DNA from: a virus
Taxonomy: Duplodnaviria; Caudoviricetes
Strand: one strand, 5' to 3'
Virus record (IMG/VR): IMGVR_UViG_3300037634_000692
Span: 1 to 31,082 of that record
DNA: 31,082 nt
Shown here: positions 1 to 9,000 of the stretch, in pieces
Layout of the letters: each line of letters starts with the position of its first letter
Position numbering within the stretch: the first letter of the stretch is position 1
Notes under the pieces: generated by a model
Databases searched by the model: none
Seen by the model: only the letters and a program-made list of their open reading frames with translations
What the model was told of the DNA's origin: nothing
Program-made: the position numbers and the translations under genes

Positions 1-3000
1 TGTTTCTCCAGCTTTTTTATTTAATTTTTTACTAACTTTAGGAAATTGCTTTTTTAAATTACTGTAGTCATTTGCAGACGTTTGTCTAGATGTATTTAAT
101 TCATTTATACCTTTAGCGAAAGGGTCTACTAAGGCTTTCTTAAAAAACTCCATAGCCTCATCACCCTTTTTACCTCTTGGTATAAAGTTATATATCAACC
201 CCATAAAGTCTTGAGCTGAAGCAGGTATAATGCCTCTAAACTTCTTTTTACCACCTCTCATTCTAGCTTGTGCTTCTGAGAATATTTTTTTAGCCTCAAC
301 GCTAGTTGCTTGTTCCAATATATCGTTAAACTCCCCACTAATATCTTTACTAAACCGTATTCTACTACCACCAGCTACTTTTCTAGGTAATCCTTTAGCT
401 TCAGGATCTATTTCTAAAACCTTTTTTAAATCTATTCTTACTTTACCATCTACAGTTTGCGTAACGTTTTTTAAGTCAGAATTTTTTACTGGCATTCTCC
501 ATCCTATTTCTGTTATAGGATGAGTATTTCTATCTCTTACGATACCTTGGGCATCTAAATTAACCCCAGCGAACATATAAGCATATCCATCTTCCTCGTA
601 TTGACGCTCTATCATATCTCCTTTTTCCATAATTATGTCAGAGGCTGTAACACCTAATCCTGCAAACGCATTAATACCAGTCATATTACCATCCACCGCA
701 AAGTCATACGTAGCGATAGTCTCACCGTTTTTATTAAATTCTACTATTCTAAAAACGCTCCCATCTTTTCTAAATTCAGTCTTTTTAACTGTTTTACCAT
801 TAACTCTTTCTTCTACCATTGAATGTATTTCCGCCCAAGGTTTTCTAGACGGATATGTGGTTGTAACCGTGTTACCATCTTGACTAACAGTACGTACTTC
901 AACAAGGGTCTCGGATAAATCTTCGTTTATTTCTATTGATTTTGTAACCTTACCTTTTTTAATTATTATAACAGGACCCGCTGTATCATTATCCATTCTA
1001 TCCCAATACCGTCCATTAGCGAAAAAAGCTAATAGTTTTCCGTCTTGAAAGATTATTCTTTTTTGAGTTTCTCCATAACTTGTCCAACTTATTTTAGAAT
1101 CATCTGTTAATTTACCATCTTTAGATTGTGTTATACACCAAGGATTAGAATTTTTTCCCCAATGTGAATCTATAATATCTCTAACTGCCTGTTGGCCTTC
1201 TGGCGTGTTTTCTACATTATAAGTCGTAATTCCCCTTTTTTTATAAGACGCAGAGGGTGAAAATTCTTTAACATCATTTGGATCAAGAACTTTCTTTTCA
1301 ACCTTACCAGCGTAAGTTTCTATTATTTCATTAGGATTATTGTAAGAGAATAAATCTAACTTAAATCTTTCTGCCAAGTTAATAGCGTCTGTTATTTTAA
1401 ATCTATCTTCAATTAACTTTACGTTACTTGTAGCTAACCATTTAGTAGTTATTCTTTCGTATTTTCTTTTCTTATCGTTAGGAATATTTAAACTGTCTAT
1501 AAAAGTAAACATACCATCTACAGTTTGAGACACTTTTCCCTCTCTAACTAAATCAGGACGATGTTTAGATATTGTGTTTTCGTATTCTCCTCTATGTTTT
1601 TTTGAAAATTGGATTCTGCTATACACGCCCGGAGACGATAAAGATTCTACACTCTTAACACTATTAATATCACGTGCTTCTTTTATATTAGCAAGAGCAG
1701 GATTCACCAACATTCCATCCATTGTATGATCGATAGACTTACTGAACTTGATCTTAGCTTGAATAACCTTAGACTTAATATCTAATTGATCTAAAACACG
1801 CTTAACGGCTTCGACGTTTTGCATCGCATCATCTGCGAAGAACATATCATTATATCCCTCTGAAAATTTTTCTAACATCCATTCAGCTTTCGCTTCTCCA
1901 GTACTATTTCCTAACCCAGTTATATTTTCTATAGGAATATCTAATCCTTGAGACTTCAAAAACTCATGAATAGGTATTACAGCTTCGGATGGTCTAGCAG
2001 TCAATATATACGTGTCTTTCGTACCAAATTTCCCAGCTCTATCCATAGCTGTTTTAAACATAGGTCCTTGAGCTCCTTCTGTAACTACGTCAAATTCTGT
2101 AAAGTCAAACTCTCCACCTTGTTCTAATATTTTAGCTCCTTGAGTAGCAAATTCCTCAGCATCTAATCTAACTTTTTTATATCCACTAACAAAATCGTTC
2201 ATTTTATCCACTAGCTTAGAAGGCATAGCGTCTTCTTGTTTGAGCTTATCAGTGTTAACTTCCATGAATCTTTCACCAAACATTTCTTTAAATCCATTTT
2301 TATTTCCTTGAACTGCCTCGTGATTTTTTATAACAATTTTATCTAATAGAGATCTTTCTGCTCTAGCTTTATTTCTAGCTAAAGCTACATCTAAAGAAGT
2401 TTCAACGAAAGTCATACCAACATCATATCCTTTATCTTTAAATTCATTAACCAACGTTTCCATAGCTTTGATAGAACCACCAGTGCCATCTACAACAACA
2501 CCATCAGCGCTACCTTGATACTTCGTCATCTTTCTTTTAGCTATACCTCTAGCTTGATGCTGTAGCGTACCAAGTTTACTTCTTTGTTCTTTGGTAAAGT
2601 CGTTCATATTCTCTGGTAATCCAGAGTTCTTTTTTAACCACTCTAAAGATATATCAGAGTTAACTACTTTAAATCCTTGTCCTTCTAAATTTAGTTTTTT
2701 AATAACATTTCCTTTTCCGCTTCCAGCTCCACCAGCTAAGAATATAACTTTTCTATTAGGTTGTGGAGTTCCATCTGGATTAGGTATCCTAGCTCTTACT
2801 CCAGATTTAGTAGTAGCTAAAGTATCATCAAAATCCCAAGCGCTCATACCTCTTGAAGGTGTTTTGTGATTTATTAACCTAGCATTATCAACAGCTTTAC
2901 TAAACCTAAAAGCGTTGTTGATTTCGGATTTAGACGGGGTAACTTCTGCAATTTTAGAAAACTCAGTAACATATCTAGCATCAACTTCTCCTGTTAATTG

Positions 3001-6000
3001 TTTTATAATTAAATCATTAGCGGTTTCGACTGGCATTCCTTCAACACCAAAAAACTCTGCTATCGTTTGTCCTCCTTCTACTAATTTATAACTATTTAAA
3101 TCTATTCCAGCGACAGCTAATCTAACAACAGAAGACATACCATCTGGTAATTTTAATTCACCACTTAAAAGTCTAGGAACGATTTTATCAAAATAAATGT
3201 CTGGCATAGTATTCCCTAACCCAGCGGCTGCCAACATTTTATCGTGTGTTTCTAATAAAGAACCTTGCATATAAGACTTACCAACCACCCTCCAAACTGT
3301 ATCCACATTGGAAAAAGCAGCTGCAGCAAGCATAGCCTTACCAATTTGATTTTGAGGATCAGTATGTTCTTCTACAACACTCTTATTGTACACAGCGTTT
3401 CCATTTTTATCTACAGCATAAAAACTAAAAGGAGCTAAAATTCTTGTAAAAGTATTTTGATGTTTACCGGTGTCTAATAACATTTCTTCAAACATCCAAA
3501 CGTCTTGTGGAAAGTTTTGTAAATGTCCTTCCACCGCCTGAAAAAACTCAAGCAAAGTAGGTAATCTTTCTGATTGATCTTGTTTGAACTCGCTTGTATT
3601 TATTTTATCAACCGCACTTGGTTGAAGTCTTTTTCCTTTATTGTATTTTACTTGCTTTAGTTCTACTTCTCTAACACTTGTTTTATCTATTCTTGAATTA
3701 AAGTTTTTAACTGTTTTGTAAAAACCACCTTTTTCTCCACCTGTCATGGTGCTACGTATAAAAGGTCTAAATCTAGGTGCTCCTTCTAAAAATCTATTAA
3801 TAACACCATCGCCTTCTTCTCCATAGGTTCTTCCAGTTTCTTTACCATGAATCTTAAACGGAGCATTTAAATCTCTAGTAGAATATGTTTCAATAGTACC
3901 GTCAGATTTTTTTCTTTGGACTTGTTTATTTGGAACACGATCAATACCGTGTATCCAACCTAACGCTCCTAGTTTAAATATGTAAGTATCTTTAAAATTC
4001 TCTACATTATTTAACGCTAGATCTAAAGATTTTTTCTTCGTTCGACCTTCTTCACTAAACATTATTCTCGATTTACCATCAGCTATTCTTTGTATAGTCT
4101 CTATAGATTCTTGTCGTTCCATTAAGTGTTCTCTGACAGCTTGATTAGTAAGCATTTTACCTGTTTGAGATACTAATGCTTTTATTCTCGCACTAGTATT
4201 ACTATCTTTCTTATAAGTATTTTCTTTTCCTCTTTCTGTTATACCAAAAACTTCTAAAAATTCTTGGATTGAAATACCTTTGTTTTTTACTTGAATAGCT
4301 AAACCAGCCTTACTACCTGTTTTAGCAGATGTAACTCTACCAGTTTTAGTATAAAAAGCATCTAATAAAACTTTTTGAACGCCGGTAGACGTACCACCAA
4401 TTGTAGACCCTTCAGGTAGCATCTGCACCAGGGTCGCAGCATGTTTATTTATAAACATTTGGGCGTTCTTAATATCTTGTTTTGTTAAATTACCGACCTT
4501 AGGAACTATTCCAAACATTTGTTGTGTTAACTCTGGTGTTAAATCTTTTAATGTTTTGAAGTTAAGATTAGAAACGTCCATACCAGAAACTATTGCTTTA
4601 ACTTCTTTATTTATTTCAATAGCATCTGAACCTAATCTTTCTGATAGTTTTATTTTTTTACCCGTTGCTTCTTCTGTAATAGTAACGGTTTCTTCTGCGG
4701 CTATATCGCCTCTTTCAGATATATCTTCTGTAAATTCCTCACCTAATACTCTATTAGAAGCTTCTATAGCTCTTGACGGTAAGTATTTGTTTATATAAGC
4801 AGCTAATGGAACTCCTGACTCTGGTTTATACTCTTGTATTAAATCAAAAATACCTCTTGATCCTGTTTCTATTTCATCTGTTAATAGCTGTTTATCAAAT
4901 CCAGGTGCTTGCCTACGTCTCTCAACTATTTTATTAGTAATAGGCTTGAACTGTTCTATAATATCCATAGCCCCAGCAACTCCCTGTTCCTTATATATTG
5001 ATTGGACCTTATCAGAAGCTTCTTTAGAGAACATTGGAAATCTACCATCTGTATCCTGTTTAAGACCCATTTTTCTTAACGTCTTAGCCCATTGAATACT
5101 ACCGTATTTTATTGTACCACCTACTCTAGCTCCCTTCTTCATGGTTCTTTTCATCCCCTTACTCATTCTACTTTTGTCCATACTTCTATTATAGTCTCTA
5201 ACGAAGTTCATTACATCTCTACCAGTATTAAATGTAACTCTTTTACCACCTAGAGAAAACGCTCTTCTAAACATGTCCCCTATTTTAGTAAACACAGTTT
5301 CGTTAAACTTGATTTCACCAGATGCTAAAGCGTCTGAGAATAAAGTTAAAGTTTCTTCAGCTGAATTAATTTTATCTCCAGCTTGATAATCTTCAAGTCT
5401 TCTTTTGAAATTAGTGTTTTGTACACCTCTAGGATTCATATTCATTAACTGTTGCTCTAAGGCTTTTCCTACAGCTAACTTAGTGTGAGGGTTTTGATTA
5501 AAGGTTTTATTTAAAAATCTATGTAAAAATTCATGAACTGCTACGTTTGCGTTTCCGCCATCTACTTTAAGAGCAGCTTCCTTATTGATTATTATATCAG
5601 ACTCGCCGTCAATTTCTGGCGTAATAAATCCATGTACACTACCAAAATCTTGTGACATTTTATCAACATCTTCATTTAATTTATCTATATCAATACCTCT
5701 TTCATTTAAATCTTTTTTAGATAAAGTATAGTTATTCTTTTTATCTACATATACTTGTCTACCAGTTTTAGCGTCTTTAATTGTTTCAATACCGTATTGG
5801 TCTAATATGTCGTTTGTTGCTTTTTCTTTATAAACCTCAGCAGCTTCTTGTGAGCTTTCGTTTTCTATAATATTCAAACCTGGATCTACTTCCTTAGCGT
5901 GTTTTTTAACGTTTTCTAGATTCTTTTTATAAGCTTCAGTGTTTTTATCTTGATTTATAGATTCTATTACAGGACTTATTATTTCTTGTCTATCGTTTTC

Positions 6001-9000
6001 TAGTAAGTCTAATTCTCTTTGTAACTCGTCTAATTCTTTTAAAGCTTTTTGTTTATTTTTACTAGGATTTTTCTTTTTGTTTTTTATTTTTGTTTCTAAG
6101 TTCTCTATGTTTTCAGTTATTTTCTCTACTTCTTTAACTGACTCAGTATCTAAAGAGTTAATAGCCTCTACTTCCATTTCTGTCTTAATATCTTTTGCTA
6201 TCTCAACTAAATTCTTAGACGTTAAATTGTTTTCAAACTCAGTGCCTTTGAGAATATTATAAATCTCATCAAACGCATAGTAATCATTACTTATTTCTAT
6301 ATTAAGACCTTCTAGCTGACCATTATCTTTAGCAAACTGAACAGCCTCCGCGGCGTCTTTAGGGTTACTGTAACTATCCATACCTACAATATAAACTGGA
6401 TTATCACCCTTGTCTGTTGCAAATTCCCAAACCCTACTTCCCGCCCCAAACATCATCTGCATCGCGCTTATCTGAATAGTCATTTCTTCAAAAAACTTTC
6501 TATCCATACCGTCGTTCCATCTTTTTCCATCAATCCAGTTGTGAGCAGGTTGACCTATCATTTCCTCAAACATCTCCGGTAATATTCCATTCCAACTACC
6601 GGCTTCTATAAATTTTTGAAGGAACGTTGGATCAGCTGGATTTAAACCACTTTTTCTAGCCCAATTACCTAAAAACATTCTTTTTGCCCACTTTGGATTG
6701 TTTTTCAATTTTGTCCTTAAAAACTTTTGTCCAGTAGGTAAGAGTTCTCCAAATCTTTCTGTTGCAAATTCAATAAAATTATGTTTATAAGAATCCCAAA
6801 AAGCTTCCCAACCATCTTTGGTCTCATCGTATGTAGGTGTCCATTTTTTATCTCCCGGCATGTTACCATCTGCGTCTGGTACTGGAAATCCTAAATTATC
6901 AATATCAATAATCATACCGTCAGCACCCTCTGTTAACGACCAAGACATTTCTGGCGTTAAGTTTTGCTCATACCCTTTGTATATATTAGCGGCCCCACCA
7001 ACGGTAGCCATCGTAGCTGTTGTCATCAAATACTCAACAATTGTAGCTGCTCCATCTTGTATCTTAAATCCAGACGATGGCATGCCTTTCATCTTTATAT
7101 ATCTATCTAATGTTTTTTGAGACGTAAAAGCTAACCTTCCCTTTCCTCTTACTAAAAGATTACTACTTCTTCCAACTACTTTACTTAATCCTCTTGTAGC
7201 AACCATTTCAACCATAAACTTCAGGGAGCTGACAGCGCCTCCTCCTGCGTTATAAGAAGAAGAGCCCTCACTTAATCTATGTTTCATGTTCCCATCTTCA
7301 ACGTAAAACAACAAAACTTGTCTTTCGTCTATAGTCAATTCTGGATTATTATCCGGATCGTCAGTATGGAGTTTTTCTTTCTTTAATAAATCGTTTATAT
7401 AACTCTGGTGTCTACCAGCTTGAGCATCAGCAATAAGAGGCATCCATTCTCCTCTAGAAAAAGCATCCCCCATCCCATCAAAAAACTGACCAACAGCAGT
7501 ACTTTTCATAAACTCAGGACTCTTCATTATACTTCTAGCGTAATACAACTGTTTTTGTTGTGCTTCGGTTAAATCATCTTCGCCATCTAACATATCTATT
7601 ACTTCATCTGCCCACATTTTCATCGCTGTGTTAGTAGGACGTCCTTTTTTATCCAAAGAAATATGACTATAAGCTTTGTAGTAAAACTCTTCTCTTCTAG
7701 CATCGACATCTTCTTTAGACATGCCATTAGCATCATATATTTGTTCTTGAGCTGCCCAAGCTAGATTTATAGATGCCACCTGTCCTTTCCAACCTAAGGT
7801 ATGAAATTTAAATTTTTCGTTCTGAGTAAGACCACCGAAAATTTCTTTATAAGTGGCTTCTGGAATTAATTGAGTCTGCCCTTTTTTAGTTTCGTAAGCG
7901 TTTTCTACAAAGTCATCTTGAAAATCTATTGATATTTCTTCGAATTCCTTAAGTTTCTTCTCTTTCCAATCACCTAAAATTTTATCTTCTTCCTCTAAAA
8001 ATCTCTTTTGATACAACGCATTGAAGTCTGTGTATATTGCATCTAATTCTTTTTGTCTGCTTGTCTTTTGAGAGTTTTGCCATTGGCTATATTTTTTGTC
8101 AGATCTACTTTTCCATTCGTCTTTAAAATCTTGATCTGATTGAGGATCAAAAGTACCTTCTTCTATTTCTTTAAGAAGTTGTTGTTCTACCTCGTCTACT
8201 ATTTCACTTCCTTTTGATTCGTCTTGTTTTATAAACTTATTATTTACACCATCTGCTTTCAAATTCAATTCATCGACTTGATCTTTGAATTCAGTTTCTA
8301 AAGTTGTTTTAATGGTTTCTATGTGGGGTTTTATTTTGATGTCGTATTCAAGATGGTAATCTTCTTCTAATTTATCCTGTTTTACCTTCCATTCTTTTTC
8401 CATTTCTGGAAGAACTTTATTGTTAAACCAATCCGTCTCTTGTTTTTGTTTATACTCTATTATATCCATATAAAGAAGACCTTCTTCTTTAACTTCTACA
8501 GTTTCAGGAAGAGCTGCTTCTTGCTTCTCTAATTCCTCTAGATATTCCTCATAATCACTTTCGCTTTTCTTTTCTAACTCGATCGCTTGGGACCCAGCCG
8601 CTATCTCTCCACCACCTGTAACGATTTTATGTTCCTTCCCGTTTACTATAACGGTAGTGGTATTCATTCCTTCTTCATAAAGTCTATTATACTCTCTATC
8701 TAAAACATCTTCTAATATATGTTCTTTACGCATCCAGTCATTGTGTAGCGTTTTCATCTTCAGCCATTCGTCCATATGTACTTCGGGATCAAAACCAGTC
8801 GCTGGATCATATCTATATGTGTGGTTTTTACCAGCTACTTTTTTTGTAAATGTTAGTAAACCAAATTTATCAACACCTTCAATTGGAGCTTCAGAGTCAT
8901 CTTTTTTCGTGAAATCTGGATGATCTGACATTAAAACAAACACAGGTGGGGCTTTCTCAAATCCCGAATGTAAAGTACGTTGACCTCTGCTATTCTTTTT

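Noticed and set aside
1957-1968. Second HEFL sequence (IHEFLK) as another protease site
   Set aside because: It lacks the second His and lies in the helix after HAD motif II.
2180-2770. Kinase insert as an intein or intron-encoded element
   Set aside because: There is no C/S...HN-C/S/T intein signature or homing endonuclease motif, and the insert is itself a recognisable kinase fold.
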